A stretch of DNA of 64,000 bases, taken from Podarcis melisellensis. Its lineage: Eukaryota. How positions within the stretch are numbered: position 1 is the first letter of the stretch; each line of letters opens with the position of its first letter. Below the pieces are notes generated by a model that was not told where the DNA came from, did not search any database, and saw only the letters and a list, made by a program, of their open reading frames with translations. Made by a program: the position numbers and the translations under genes. Positions 1 to 13,450 of this stretch are shown here, one piece after another. Where the stretch lies: NCBI GenBank assembly GCA_964234715.1, contig OZ174288.1. The stretch is one strand, 5' to 3'.

Positions 1-28
1 CTTCCAACTCAGAGAATGGCAACCAAGA

Positions 29-440
29 TTTATTTATTATTATTTGTTTATTAAATTTATATACTGCCCTTCCCACATATGCATTTAAAAGGTTGTAGAA
101 TAATCAGCCAAAGCCTGGGAGAAGAATGTTTTTGCCTGGCGCCTAAAAATATATAATGAAGGCGCCAGGCAAACCTTCCTGGGGAGAGCATTCCATAAAT
201 GGGGAGCCACTGCAGAAAAAGGCCTGTTCCCGTGTTGCTGGCCTCCAGACCTCACTTGGAGGAGGCATACGAAGAAGGGCCTCAGAGGATGAACAGAGTC
301 CAGGACAGTTTATATGGGGAGAGGCTGTCCTTGAGGTACTGTGGTCCTGAGCCTTTTAAGACTTTATCGGTCAAAACCAGCACTTTGAATTGGGTCTGGA
401 AGCTAATTGGCAGCCAGTGCAGTTGGGCCAGGATCGGTGT
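29..440 (-). mobile_element. L2 LINE 3' fragment
   Basis: (TTA)-rich tail followed by sequence typical of squamate L2 in antisense (agagcattccataaatggggagccactgcagaaaaaggcc ... cagcactttgaattgg ... ggcagccagtgcag). Confidence 0.65.
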
Positions 441-1277
441 AAAATGATCAAAAGTCTGGAAATCAAGCCTTGTGAGGAACAGTTGAAAGAACTGGGTATG
501 TTCAGCCTGGTAAAAAGAAGACTGAAATGAGATATAATAGCCATCTTTGCAGGTGGCGCTGTGGGTTAAAGCCTTTTTAACCTTTTTAATCTTTGCAGGG
601 GACGCAGGTGGCGCTGTGGGTTAAAGCCTCAGCGCCTAGGACTTGCCGATCGAAAGGTCGGCGGTTCGAATCCCTGCGGCGGGGTGCGCTCCCGCTGCTC
701 GGTCCCAGCGCCTGCCAACCTAGCAGTTTGAAAGCACCTCCGGGTGCAAGTAGATAAATAGGGACCGCTTACCAGCGGGAAGGTAAACGGCGTTTCCGTG
801 TGCAGCTCTGGCTTGCCAGAGCAGCGATGTCACGCTGGCCACGTGACCCGGAAGTGTCTCCGGACAGCGCTGGCCCCTGGCCTCTTAAGTGAGATGGGCG
901 CACAACCCCAGAGTCTGTCAAGACTGGCCCGTACGGGCAGGGGTACCTTTACCTTTACCTTTTGCATATCTAATGGGCTGTCACATGGAGGATGCAGCAA
1001 GCTTTTTTTCTTCTGCTAGGGAGGGTAGACCTGAACCAGTGGATTCAAATTACAAGAAATAAGATTCCAACTTAACATCAGGAAGAACTTTCTGACAGTA
1101 AGAGATGTTTAGCAGTGGAATTGACTTCTTCAGAAGGTGGTGGACTCTCCTTCCTTAGAGATTTTTAAGCAGAGGTTGGATGGCCATCAATCATGGATGC
1201 TTTAGTTGAGATTCCTGCATTGCAGGGGTTTGGACTAGATGACGCTCGTCTCTCTTCCAAATATACAACTCTATGAT
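441..1277 (+). mobile_element. CR1 LINE 3' fragment interrupted by a Sauria SINE
   Basis: CR1 ORF2 end and 3'UTR motifs (gaactgggtatgttcagcctgg, aggaagaactttctgacagtaagag, cctgcattgcagggg.ttggactagatg, ctctatgat). Confidence 0.85.
598..963 (+). mobile_element. Sauria SINE, full length, young
   Basis: tRNA-like head with A box (gtggcgctgtggg) and B box (ggttcgaatcc), CpG-rich body, (ACCTTT)n tail. Confidence 0.92.
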
Positions 1278-2201
1278 CATAGTAGCAGAAGTTCCACAAG
1301 GCCCACTCTCACATTCCTGGAATATCAGTCAATTTTTGATCAGTGACAATATTTGATTGGTCAGTTGATAAGCATGCCAACCCTAGTTGCTTTTAAATCT
1401 ATTCCTACATTTCTTACAAGGGGAGATCCATTTTAAGAGGGGGAGAGAGATGAATGTATAAGGGATCTGGAAAGGAAAAAGCTATTTTTTACAGTCTTGA
1501 TAATGAAAACTACTGTGAAATATGATAGCATCAAAAATAAATGTGACAGTAGTTTAAAAATCTAGGATTTTGAGAAGAAGCATTGTATTGGCACTCCTGA
1601 ACTACGGTTCATATTATCATCCCAAATACTATAGAATTCACCAGAATTGCTTGTAGTAAGTCAGAACAGCCCCCAAGAGCTAATAAGATGAAACTGTGCT
1701 GTCTCAGTTCTTCTGAACAAAACAGAGCTGGCAGCTTCCTCTGTTGCCACCTAGGATAGCTGGCTCAGCAGACTGATGTTTATTCTTAGCCTCTAGCATT
1801 GCTGTATCCCTAGGTGAGGAAAGGAGAAACTATAGTGAAGTGTGAAATAAAGGATTGAACTGTTTATCATATATGTTTGATCCTTGTATTACTGTTTAAA
1901 TGGGAACACATTTAGAATCAGTCTAAATTTAGATGAGTGGAGAGTATATATAGTTCAGGGACAGAGCATCTGCTTTGCATGGACATCATCTTATGTTCAA
2001 TTCTTTACATCTCTAGTTGAAGATTCCCAGGTATTAAACCATACTGGATAGCTGGGCCAATTGTTATATGTTCTTAATCCCAGGGCCAGTATCTTCCATG
2101 TTGAAATGCATCTGAGGTCATAAATGATATGATTGAAACCCTGCTGGCATTGTAACTTGAGAGCTCATTCTTGCACCCATTTAGCATACTTGTGAAATGG
2201 A

Positions 2202-2267
2202 AACAATTTTTTAAAAAAATTATTTTGTTTCGACTACGGCAGACCAACACGGCTACCTACCTGTAAC
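2202..2267 (+). mobile_element. Penelope-like element terminal fragment
   Basis: Same end as the 43331 and 50952 copies (ggcagaccaacacggctacctacctgtaact); flanked by direct repeat tgtgaaatgga (2191-2201, 2268-2278). Confidence 0.65.
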
Positions 2268-3399
2268 TGTGAAATGGAGAAAATGTTGCTTCATAGTTTA
2301 TACTTGCTACACTGAGGACAAAGCTAGACCTATTATTACTCTCACAAATACTCTCACTATAGCAGGCAACAGAAGTTACCAGCTGATATTCAGCCAGTGG
2401 ATGCATTGGAGAACATGTCAGCCTAACTGCAAAATTAATGCATACTTTTTACCTTCCAGTAAAAGGATGTTGTTTATCCACATTAGCAGAGGCCATTACC
2501 CTTTTACACAGATTTCATTGATTTGTTTGCAGGCTTTTAACACTCTGAGAGGTCACCTTAGATGCTATATAGAACATTGCCTCTGGCATCTATTGTTGAC
2601 TGCTTATTGGCTCCACAAATAGTGCCCTTTGATTTTATTATAGATGGGGAAATTTCCTTAATTAGTTCTGCTTCAGAGTGAAAACCATATATTATCCTCA
2701 TGGATAAGTGTTCAAAAACTAGCAGCTTCATTTAGCTGGTCTCTTGATATACATTCTGAATGTTTCTACTTCTGTGTTGCTTTCAAGTGGCATCAAATGT
2801 CATTGCATGCTTGTTTTGTTGCTTGAGTGCCAAAAGGCTGACTTTGAATGACATCCCACATACCAGACTTTCCACAACTTCAGGCATCTTTTTGCACAGA
2901 GATTTTCTCATGGGCCACTTCCTTTGCTGTCCTTCCAAGTTGCAGACGTAGCTTTGCTACCTCATTCACAACCATGTAGTATCTTTGCATTAGTAATAGC
3001 AGTTGTGTTGTGTATAAGTGAGTTTTTAATATTGTTGGAACTTAATTCGGTTTCACTATAAAATTATTGTGTTCTTGTTACCCTCTGTTGACCAACACGC
3101 TCTCTTCTGACGACTTTCAAGTGTTCCACAAACAGCTATAACTGTGGGTGGGAGAAGAGAGCATGCTGTTGTTTTAACTTTTACTCCTCATAATACTGGA
3201 AAGATTCCAGGCAAAATCAGCTAAATACATCATTTTTTCATCAACTGTACAGATGCTTATGACTTTCCCACAAAAAAATCAAAGGTTGTCTTATACTTTA
3301 TAAGAAAAGAAGCAGCAACACTTAGCTTTCATATCTTGACCTGTTCTAATCCAGCTGGGGTCAGGTCTAATTATTGGACTGAATAAGCCTTGGTTGCCC

Positions 3400-4570
3400 T
3401 GATAAATTACATTTCTGTCGGAAGATGGACAAACAATTGCAACCTTGTTATACTTTCTTGATCTGTCACCATCTTTTGATACCATTGACCTTTGTATTCT
3501 TCTGAACTGTCTGGCGCACTATTTTGGTCCTATTGTCATAGTTGAGTTCAGAGAATAGAATTACGTAATGATCTCTTGACCCTCTGGCAGTTATGCTGTG
3601 GGGCACCACACAAGAAGGTGGCATTTTGCCTCCAGTGCTATTTAACATCTACATGAAGCCACTGGGAGTAGTCATTAAGAGATTTGAGTAGGTAATCCCT
3701 AATTTTTTTTCTCTGTAACATCTGAATCAGCACCGTTGGTGAGCGCTTCCTGGGTCCAGATAATTGGTCAATTTCCTACTTTGGATGGGATTGTATTCTC
3801 TCTGAAGGAGCAGGTACAATCGTCTCAGAGTGCTTTTGGATCCATCTCTCCAGGTAACCTCGGTGGCTATAAGTGCCTTATAGCAGCTTCAGCTGGTAAG
3901 ACAGCTATTATTGCCATTTCTGGATCAGGATAGCCTGGTCACTGTTGTCCATGCATTGGTAACTTCCAGATTATTATATTTTTCATTTAAAAAGTTGTAA
4001 CTAAAAAAATTTACAACTGTAATTTAAAACATACAGGAGGTTAAAATTGCAATAAAATAGACTAAAATGCATTGAAACTTCTACAAAATTTCTAAGCATT
4101 TGGGTAGGCTTGTCTAAATAAGAATGTCTTCAGCAGGCCTCAAAGACTGCAACACACTCCCTGTGGAGCTGTCCTGGAGATTGACCCAGAAGCTGCAGCT
4201 AGGGCAAAATGCAACAGCTCAGTGGCTCTCTGCAGATCTGCATCATATTATGCCCTTGCTGAAATAATTGCACTGGTTGCCACTTAGGTCCCAAGCCAAG
4301 TTCAAGGTGCTGGCTTTGGTGTTCAGAGTTTGCTTGAGACATGACAAGGATACTGTTTCATTGCTTATATATACACCATATCACTGCATTATTTAGAAGA
4401 GGGTAACCTACAGGTACCATATTATTTGGAGGTCCTTTCTGAACCATATTGCAACCAAGTCTTTAAGTGTGACAGCACTTACTTTTTGGAACTCCTTCAT
4501 GTTTCATATCAGACAGACACTGTCTTTAATGTATTTTCTGTGCCTGTTGAATACTTTCTTCTTTCCATAA
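3400..4570 (+). mobile_element. Degenerate L2 LINE (RT region remnants)
   Basis: Remnants encoding VLFNIYMKPLG (~3635-3667) and KLQLGQNA (~4190-4215); many stops and frameshifts; boundaries approximate. Confidence 0.65.
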
Positions 4571-4652
4571 GCCTACTAAGTGGACCTGCCCCCGCCCCCG
4601 ACATCCCAGTTCATTTCTGAATTCATTTGAAATTCTTTTAACTTTTTATTTA

Positions 4653-4720
4653 TTGTTGTTTAGTCGTGTCCGACTCTTCGTGACTCCATGGACCAGAGCA
4701 CACCAGGCACTCCTGTCTTC
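4653..4720 (-). mobile_element. BovB/RTE LINE extreme 3' end
   Basis: Minus strand ends gagtcacgaagagtcggacacgactaaacaacaa, the BovB-type terminus; flanked by a ttatttattgt direct repeat. Confidence 0.75.
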
Positions 4721-5236
4721 TTATTTATTGTAGTAAAGTAAAATTACTATGAGATGCTTCATAGGAAGCAATTTATAACTAAAATAAATAACAGTAATAA
4801 TAATAATATATCATTTTAGACCGTTCTAATGCTTCACACCTTTTCAATATGCCTGCAAGGTAAGGCAACATTATTACTCATATGTATTGCAGTTTTAGGG
4901 TGCTGAAACTCAAAGGATTGACTTAAAGGATTGTGGCTCACCTGAGCCCACCTGGAAATTTCGTGGCATGTTACAGGTTTACTCCTAGTAAATTCCTAGA
5001 GACATTTGGGTGGGAGTCTTCTTTGTTCAAGTTAGTCTACTAGCCCTGCTGCAGAACTGATTGTATGAACCTGCAAATTAGATAATGCATATATGTACAT
5101 GTAAAAACATATCAGAAATGGTGATCTGGGAGGGATTGAGCCTATGCCTTTGCATCTTTTACACATGTATCTTCTACTTAGAAATTCATTTGTACCCACA
5201 AAAATATAACAAAGGGTCTCTAAATTAGGCAACAAA

Positions 5237-5240
<4 letters not shown>

Positions 5241-5272
<32 letters not shown>
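5241..5272 (+). repeat. (GATT)8 microsatellite
   Basis: Directly visible. Confidence 0.95.
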
Positions 5273-8200
5273 TTAAATTCTTACTAAGCTTTTAGAGTTT
5301 AGTGCACCCTTAGTTTAAAGTCTTATTGGGAACAACGAAAAGCTTCATAAACTTTTTTAAAAAGTATTGTTTGCTGTGATCTTACTTGGGATCCTCATTC
5401 AGATCCTCATTCAGGGACAATGGAGTGTGCCTCTGGGGGTGAAGACTAACTGCTGCATTAGCAGCACTGAAAGTGATGTCACCGTAGAATAAGCCTGTGC
5501 TGTGTGTATGGAGCTCTTAGGGCTGCCCAGAAAACAAGACCCCACTCTCAGCCTTGCTGATGTGCTGCAAAGGAAAGGAAAGCAATACATTTGACACCAG
5601 CCGGGCTGCTGGGAGTTGCCGGAAGGTGGCGTACAATGTGCCATCCAGCCGTCTTAGGGATTCCACTTTGGATTTGTGTAGAGTCTACTCCTTAGCCTTT
5701 TCTCCTCTCAAAGATATCCTGCAAGGCAGCAGAGGTTTAGGATCAGAGTTTTCCTTCTCTCAGATGGGAGATTGACAAGCCCCATCTGCCCCTCACTTGC
5801 CTCTACAGCATGTGTAGAAATCGCCTTCTTTGCCGTTAGACCCAGTATTGGTCTCATCTGCTCAATCTGCCAGAGCCTGTCTTCACACACAGGGGAAGTC
5901 CTGGAGTGTTTGAGACCCATCAGCTACCCTCACCTGGTTTAGCTGGCCATTCGAAGCCATTGCCGGGTTGTCACTGCTGTTGCATGCTGACAGCTTCTAG
6001 CAGCCACAGGTGAGAGCTGATTGCAGGATGGGGACCAAAGGTGGAGAAACTACTTCAGAAGGAGCACAATGTGTTCCGTACCAGAGGTATTACCCTCTCC
6101 TAACACTCCCTACACCCCATAGTAGTCATCCAGTTTACATACAGTTTGCATGTGAGACTGTGGGGTGACCACACCTGCTGCTGATATGCAGTTCCTGGAC
6201 CTCAACATGTTAGTCTCCTTGAATTACTGGCTCCATGGGAAGCTTTATAAATTTAGATTTTTTTAAAAAAATGAAACTACATCTTGGAAATTTGTAGTGA
6301 AACTTTTTGCTTTTTTGTTAGCTATGTGCCACAGCCCTAGTCAAGATCTAAGTCTTCCAGTCCTGCAGCAGGCAGAGCATGTCTTCTGTGAGATCTGTGT
6401 GGAGGTCATAATATAGCACAGTTCTGGAGGGTACAGAGCACTTCATAGAGTATATATCCTAGAAGGGATTGAAAGTCAGTCACATGGGAAAGATAATCTT
6501 TTGAAGCTCTGAAATGCAATCAGAATTTAGTTCCATGCCTAGCCTGTAATCAAGGGTATGATCAGCAGAACAGACAGACCCCATCCAATAATAGGAACAT
6601 TACCTGGTTTAGTGCAGCATCTCTGTGATTATCTTAACATTGCTTGAAAAGGAACTAGTGCATGCTAAACCTGGATGTACAAGAATGTTGTTTTTCTACA
6701 CTCCAAAGTAGCTCTCCATGTTGCTTTCCAAAGCTCTCAAGACCTTGCAGCCTGTTAGTGACAAGCATGAAGAGGTTGAAGTCTAGGGAGCTAAGCCCAA
6801 AGGAGGCAGTCAAGGGTCAGCCAAGGTCCACTTTTCCCTTAAACTCAAATTTCTTTTCCCGTAGAGTGGTCAAAAGGGAGTGATTCAAGTCCAGTAAGAA
6901 GCAAACTTTTCTCCATCCTGGCAGGAAATAGTATATAGTATATATAGTATGCAAATTGTCTTTACAAATAGATGTTAATATCCATATAGGAAAAGGTCTC
7001 TCTGATTCTGACTGTCCAGTCTCTGAGCCAGTTTAGATGATAGCCCTCCTTGTTCATGTGTACCTCCTCCCCTCCTTTCATATAGAGTGCAGTTTCTAAA
7101 TTTGGCAGTGCCTTATTTATTGGCAGTGCCATCTTTCCATGATACCATGATGAAAGATTTTAGATAAGAGAATTTGGGAGAACCTGCAGTAAATTGCAAT
7201 TCATGAGTTATATTCTATATATAACAAATAATATTTGTTATTTTCAAAGTATTGTACAGTAAATAAAATTAAAGGAAGGTGAAAGTGAAATAAAAGCAAA
7301 TTCTATTTTATGAATGGAAAGGGAAGTGAGAGGGGGGCCAGTTACCCATTGTATCTCCTGATTGCAGTGTGAATACAGGTATTGAGAGTGAATATTGCTT
7401 GAACATGCCCAGGATCCAAGTATTCTGGGGAAAAAGTTGATTCGAGTTAGTGGATATTGCAATACCCACTAGCAGTGTACTTCCCTACCCTCTAAGAAGA
7501 ATGTCCGCATTCAGGGCTCCAGGTTGCTTGGACCAAAAGATGTGCAGTGGTATTTGACACCTGGGAGAGTTTCAGGAGAAGAAAAGTGAAACAAAACACC
7601 TTCCCACATGGCCTTTCTTTGCTACCCTATAAAGCACTAGACAGCTCAGGGTGATCTTAAGCATTTAATTGCTGTATAGTGCAAGAGGTGTTCTGAAGAG
7701 TGGAACTGGAAAATGTGTTCCTTTTCCTTTTCTTGGAAGCATTCCTATATAGTGCAGGAAGGGAAATATTTTCTGCTTTAAACTGATGGCACACATACCC
7801 TTCCAGAATACTTACTAAAGGCTACATTGAGCTAGTAATTTCCCACTTTTCTCCCGGAGTCCATTTTCCTTCCCCCACCCTCACCTGGCACACTAACATT
7901 TTGTGTCTCAGCTCACTCACAGTCTGTCCTGGTTCTTTTAGAACTTTTCCTTTGTCTCCTGAGGTGGAAGTGAAATCTACCCATAGGGAAAAAGCCATAG
8001 GATTTAGCACAGTGGGGGTTATGCATCATTTGCCCCAACAACTAAAGCATAGTGAATGCACAGGAACTACTATCTTTCATGTTAAATGTGGTCATGGAAA
8101 TGTCATCTTCAGGTAACAGGATGAGTAATAGAATATTTCTTATTTCTGTAGGCACACATTCCATGAGTTAAGGAAGTTCACAAACCTTTGAGCCATTTTC

Positions 8201-8805
8201 ATTTTGTTAAAAAAATACCGTTCGTTCCTGCTGCAAACTTATATAGTTCTGTATAACCAGAGAAGTCACTTGAGTATGTACCATTACCTTAGTTCTGGGT
8301 GGCCCTGTTTCACTTACAAGCTGATAAGCACTCAACTGCCTGAGTCCACTATTAAAGGGGAACATTCTTGGTGATTCAGGGGAAGTAATAAAAGCCTAAT
8401 AGCTAACTGTAATAATTAAAAAACAACAACCCAGAAAGAGAGGTCCATTGTAAATCTAGATTGAATTTCTATTTTCTTAATAGTTTGTGCAACAGTATGT
8501 GTCTATTAATATACAGTACCATGCTTTCTATGCTGTAGCTGTTTTCTTCACCAGGTTTGCAAGCTGATATTCTTGGAAGGAAAATCAACAATTCTCTATA
8601 TCTGTGACAGCATCTCTGTATCAATATGTTCTATTGAATTTCCCTATTCTTACTGCAGTTTTACTATTTTGTTCAGTGTATCTAACATATGGCAGAAAAA
8701 TAACATTATTTGATAAGTATATTATAGTTAAGTTCTTCCTTAAGACAGTTTTCTGCTACCTTATTGTTCACAAGTATGCAAATACAGCTGGCCCCCCATG
8801 AGCCT

Positions 8806-8811
8806 TTTATT
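8806..8811 (-). terminator. Candidate polyadenylation signal (AATAAA) for GPER1
   Basis: tttatt on + strand ~160 nt downstream of the stop; more distal sites are possible. Confidence 0.3.
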
Positions 8812-8969
8812 AGTTTCTAACCTTAATGAAATGCAGATTTGAGTAATGTGTAATCTTTGACATATCATCATAAAAATAGTACAAATCTTTGTGCATAGGA
8901 CAAAGTATATGATTTTGCTATTAGCATTGTGATCAAGTTCCATTATGGTACCTTTAAATACAGGCTAAA

Positions 8970-10040
8970 TTAAACTTCTGATTGCTCGTTGCTATCAGGA
9001 ATAACAGATTTCAGGGTAGCATGACAAAACCGGTTTAAAACAGAGACTTTGGTTTTCTGTTCAATATACAATTTCAGTTTCTCTCTGAAAGTTTCACCTA
9101 GGAAGCTGTAGATAAGAGGATTCAAACAGCTGTTTGAGAAGGCTGCAAGGTTCACAATGTGTCCGGTTAAGGGATAGTTATGTCTGAAAGACTGGTCCCT
9201 TGATGAGGTTTGCTCTGTCTTTTGAAGAAGTTGCACACTTATGAAGACATTTTCAGGAAGCCAGCAGATGAAGAAGACAAGGACAACAACAAAAATCATA
9301 CGAAGAGCTTTCTGTCTGCGTATCCGCAAACTTCTGTGCTTGTGGGCTCTTATCAAGACTCTTACAATTAACGAATAACAAAGGCCTATAATAGCAAAAG
9401 GGATGATAAACCCTAAGGTTATTTCTAGCCACTGTATTTCTTCTACATCTGCAAAACAAAAGGAAACCTCCCCAGCATGTTGCAAATGTACAGCTGTGAA
9501 GGGCACTAGTGCTGCCGAGATAGATGCCAACCAGATGAGGCCACAGCTTAATCTGGCATGTTCCATGGTGCGAAATAAGTTGGACTTCATTACTTTTGCT
9601 AGTGCTATGTATCTGTCAAAACTCATCCATGTTAGGAAGAATATGCTGCTATACATGTTGATTTGAAGGAACAATGACATAAAAGTACAAATTATTGTGA
9701 TATCGTAATACTTTTCGTCGAGATTAAAAACTTCGATGAGAGAGTCAGCCACCAAAATGAGATCTGCTACTGCAAGGTTTATGAAATATAAGTCTGGAAT
9801 AGTCATCTTTTCACGAAAACTTATGTTCACCACTAAAATAAGAATGTTTCCCACGAAACCAATAGGAAAAAGGAATATTGTGTAAAGGCATGATAAGAAA
9901 AGACCTATAATGTATTGCTGGTGTTCTGATTTATCCGCGAGGCTGACAGTTTTGTTTTCATTGCATAGATATGATCCATTTCGTTCAAAATATGTGCTGT
10001 TACAAAGTACTTGAGATGTGGACGCTGTGAAAATTTCCAT
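8970..10040 (-). CDS. GPER1: G protein-coupled estrogen receptor 1 (GPER1/GPR30), single coding exon, 356 aa
   Basis: Contains the hallmark GPER1 sequence [69 protein letters not shown], plus [18 protein letters not shown], [36 protein letters not shown] and a C-terminal PDZ-type SEV. Confidence 0.98.
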   Translation of the reverse strand: MEIFTASTSQVLCNSTYFERNGSYLCNENKTVSLADKSEHQQYIIGLFLSCLYTIFLFPIGFVGNILILVVNISFREKMTIPDLYFINLAVADLILVADSLIEVFNLDEKYYDITIICTFMSLFLQINMYSSIFFLTWMSFDRYIALAKVMKSNLFRTMEHARLSCGLIWLASISAALVPFTAVHLQHAGEVSFCFADVEEIQWLEITLGFIIPFAIIGLCYSLIVRVLIRAHKHRSLRIRRQKALRMIFVVVLVFFICWLPENVFISVQLLQKTEQTSSRDQSFRHNYPLTGHIVNLAAFSNSCLNPLIYSFLGETFREKLKLYIEQKTKVSVLNRFCHATLKSVIPDSNEQSEV

Positions 10041-10373
10041 GGTATGTGCCTCTCTTGGGTATATCGCTTAGAACTTCAGTACCAAAGTGCTTAAATTGTT
10101 GGTGAATCCAAAGAGATCTGTAGAAGTCATATTTCGTATTCTGCAAAGGCAGAATCAGTTTAGGTCAAGACTTGCAGAATTTCTACAGTACCTTAAGAAA
10201 ATGGTAAGCAAGAATCAATTGATATGTTCTATAACACAGGAACTTTTGTATGGTAATGATGATTTCAGGTGTATACATATTTCTTCTATTGTAATCTTGC
10301 TTAGAATTTGAAAGATGCTGAATCATAATAGTTCTGTTTACTTCAGTTTAGCAACTAATGAATCTTGTTTGAC

Positions 10374-10403
10374 CTGCAATTAATAAAAAGGAAAATAATT
10401 AAT
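10374..10403 (-). promoter_or_regulatory. Putative splice acceptor of the GPER1 coding exon (exon starts ~10373, ~330 nt of 5'UTR)
   Basis: Minus strand reads ttattttcctttttattaattgcag|gtcaaac: pyrimidine-rich tract plus CAG|G. Confidence 0.55.
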
Positions 10404-12826
10404 CTCCTTCCTGTAAAAATGAAAGAGTTCATTGTTTATTAACATGAATGGCCTTAACATCTGTTCATGTATATCCATGATGCTGTCTTTGTGAATTTAG
10501 TTAGATGAACCACAAATATATGAATGTATATGTTCAGTGTAAATGTTTTTGGGATCATTTTAGGATCTATATGGTGGCAATGAGCAAAACATCTTTTTGG
10601 CATTGCTCTTATGAGAAAAGGATAAAAATCAGGACTAAAGCCAGTTTTGGAAGAAATAAAGGATCAACTTTCTGTTGTATCATGTTCTTTGTTTTCATAG
10701 ATAATTATAGAAATCCTAACATATAACCCCTACAGCACATGCTTTGGCTGCAAAACTGATAGCTAGAGGAAAAGTATGGGACCCTTCTGATTCTTACTCT
10801 ATTTTTCTCACAGAGGCTTAAAAAAAGAGAGGCTCTTATAGGTCTGCACATTTTAATTGCTTTTCAATTGTATAACAGAAGTCTTTGGGGAAAGAATATT
10901 TATCTCTTAAGCAGTTACCTTTTCTATCTGTGTTGTTAGATGATTTGTGAAATTATAAGGAAATAAAAATAAAGCAGATTACCACAGATGATTAAAAACT
11001 TGAACTGGATTATGTAAACCTTGTTGCGAAAAAGCAATGAGCAGCTAAGATTCTTACAGCATTTTAAGTATATGGAAGTGGAAGCACATGTAAATAAGAT
11101 GTAAACTCTGTTTGGCCTAAATATCTCTGACCTAATTTTTGAGCCAGATTGAAATATTACATACATTTGATTATTGAGACCTATCAGCCTAACCTCTTCC
11201 AGCGCAGTTGGTAGTAGAATGCTGTGTGCAGCTCTGGTTGCCTCATCTGAAAAAAGCTATTGAGGGGATGGTGAAGACAATAACTGGTTTAGAATCTCTA
11301 TGAAAATAGACTAAAGATAAGCTATTTTTAGTATAGAAGGTGGAGGATCAAGGTGGCAGTGGCAACATGATACAGTTTTATAACATGAAAAGTGTAATCA
11401 GAATACCTTTCCAAATAGTTCTCTCCATCCAGTTAAATGGATTGACATTAATATGTGTTTCTTTTTACAAAATTTGTTACCACAAGCTGTGGTGATGGTC
11501 ACCATCTTAGATGTCTATAGAAAATAATTGGAAGGATACATTTATTAATAGTGATTAGCCATAATAGTTTAAAATAAAAAGCCCAAGTTTTGAGGTTGTA
11601 TACCTCATGAGTACCAGATCCTGGGAACATGCTTCAGAGAGATACTTATTTCCCTCTTGCTCGGCTTTTGAATATCCAGAAGTAGCCGGTTGCTGTTGGA
11701 GACCAAATACATGCCTACCCAGAAGTGAGTTGAATTCAGTGGAACTTACTCCCAAGTAAATGTTCATTGGTTTGCAGCCTTAGCCTGGTCTTAGTCTTAA
11801 TTTTTACTATATTATATGAAGGCATGCATAAAGTCGTTTCAAGGGGTTTGTCATGTTTATTTCCAGAAAGAAAATTTATTTTCACTTGTCCAAAATAAAA
11901 TACTTTGTTGTTGAATTACCATGAGGCTTGTAACAACATCTTTTTAGATTATTTCCTTTTTAAAAAAAAAAGCATAATCTTGTAAAAAAACTGATTTTAG
12001 TAGTAGAGGGTTTAAGAATAACTCAGCTATTTTTAAACTTGCCAATCTTTATAATTATTGTTTCTGCAAGGTAGAATAAATCACTTTTATACATCACTAA
12101 AAAGCAGGCCAATGTAAATATTGAAGGGAAAACTATATTTTAAATAGTAGTGCATCAGTGGCATTCTGATAATGCTCTGGGTTCTGCAAGAAATCTAAAC
12201 GATTTCAACAGCGTTCATTATTTTAAATTGTTCTTACCATCATGTGTTTTTAGGATTCATTTTACCTTACACTAATGTGTATTCGTAGGTTTTAACTGGT
12301 CTTGAGCTGGTTTCTTCCTAACCACTGGTTGGCTAATTTATGTTTAATCACATCACTATCACCACCACCAATTATAAAAATTAGTGCTATTCAGATTATT
12401 CTAGGTTGAATTGAAGGCAGTAGTGTATTGGTACAGTTAATTTAGAACTGAATAAACATCCGCATTTTAAAAAGATTGTTTAAGATACTTAAATGGTTTA
12501 TAGCAACAAATCCAAGTCTTCCTGCAAGTCTTACCACTATAACAAAGCTTTATAGATTCTTGTAGTTTCTACAATTTTTGTTGAGCTGACATCATTTTAA
12601 AGGCTAAAATTAACTCTGTTTCTGCTGGTTTATTTCTCTTTGCCAGTTCAATCTGTAAATTAAAAAAAAGCAACAACATTTTGAGAGATGTGGGATGTTT
12701 GCCTATTTTCATCCCTCTTTTGCTTTTGGGATCCTACTTCAAATACAAAAATAAACTCAGATGCCAGTACACTGAGCACCATTTCACAGATTCAGCTAGA
12801 AGAAGCACCTTCAGCATATACCACTG

Positions 12827-13037
12827 CTTGGCTGTACAGGCGTATAGCAAATGCAATTAAAAGAAAAACAGAACTCAAAAGTGAAGAATGATTCTTTAAC
12901 ATATGCTTTAATAACTAGAGTGAGATATCCCTTGGCTGTGCAAGCTTATAGCGAATGCAATTAAAAGAAAAACATTAAAACTCAAAGTGAAGACTGATTC
13001 TTTAACACATGCATTAATAACAAGAGTGAGATATTCC
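12827..13037. repeat. Diverged ~105-bp tandem duplication
   Basis: cttggctgt...aatgcaattaaaagaaaaac...gattctttaaca...agagtgagatat occurs at 12827-12930 and 12931-13037. Confidence 0.9.
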
Positions 13038-13040
13038 TAC

Positions 13041-13450
13041 CCTCTTTCGTGAGTCCTGTTTTCCCTTCTTAATCGCTTGCATGTTTCGGTCAGCTCAAGA
13101 GGTATTCCCATCGTGATGTATTGCATTGTGGTGTTCATCATTGCTATCATTTTCCTGCAACAAACTTAGCTGTATCATACATTCAATGTATCGGTGCTGC
13201 TTCTAAATCGTGATGCAGCAGGTGGAGGCTTGGGCTTCATCTGCTGCTGAAGGAAGCTTGTTGATAACTGCACAAACACCACCTGGCGGCTGCCAGAATT
13301 GCTCTGCTGACTGTGGGAAAAGAAGTCTTGAACAGCTACGTTAAATCCTGTTTTCTCAGTGGAAGGGACAAGACTATAGTGCATGTCCTCAGCAGACTTT
13401 TTACTCCGTGTGTGTTTGTGTGTGTGTGAGAGAGAGGGGAAGAATAAAAT
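13041..13450 (-). other. Candidate non-coding upstream exon of GPER1
   Basis: Donor-like GAGG|GTAGGA at 13041/13040 on minus strand; repeat-free, mildly CpG-containing segment ending at a (GT)n(GA)n tract. The 5' boundary is a guess. Confidence 0.3.

Noticed and set aside
798-1019. Short ORFs repeated at 798, 42926, 48523 and 50113
   Set aside because: All are translations of Sauria SINE bodies.
5410-6120. Probable interspersed repeat (short similarity to ~35680-35725)
   Set aside because: Family and boundaries could not be assigned by eye.
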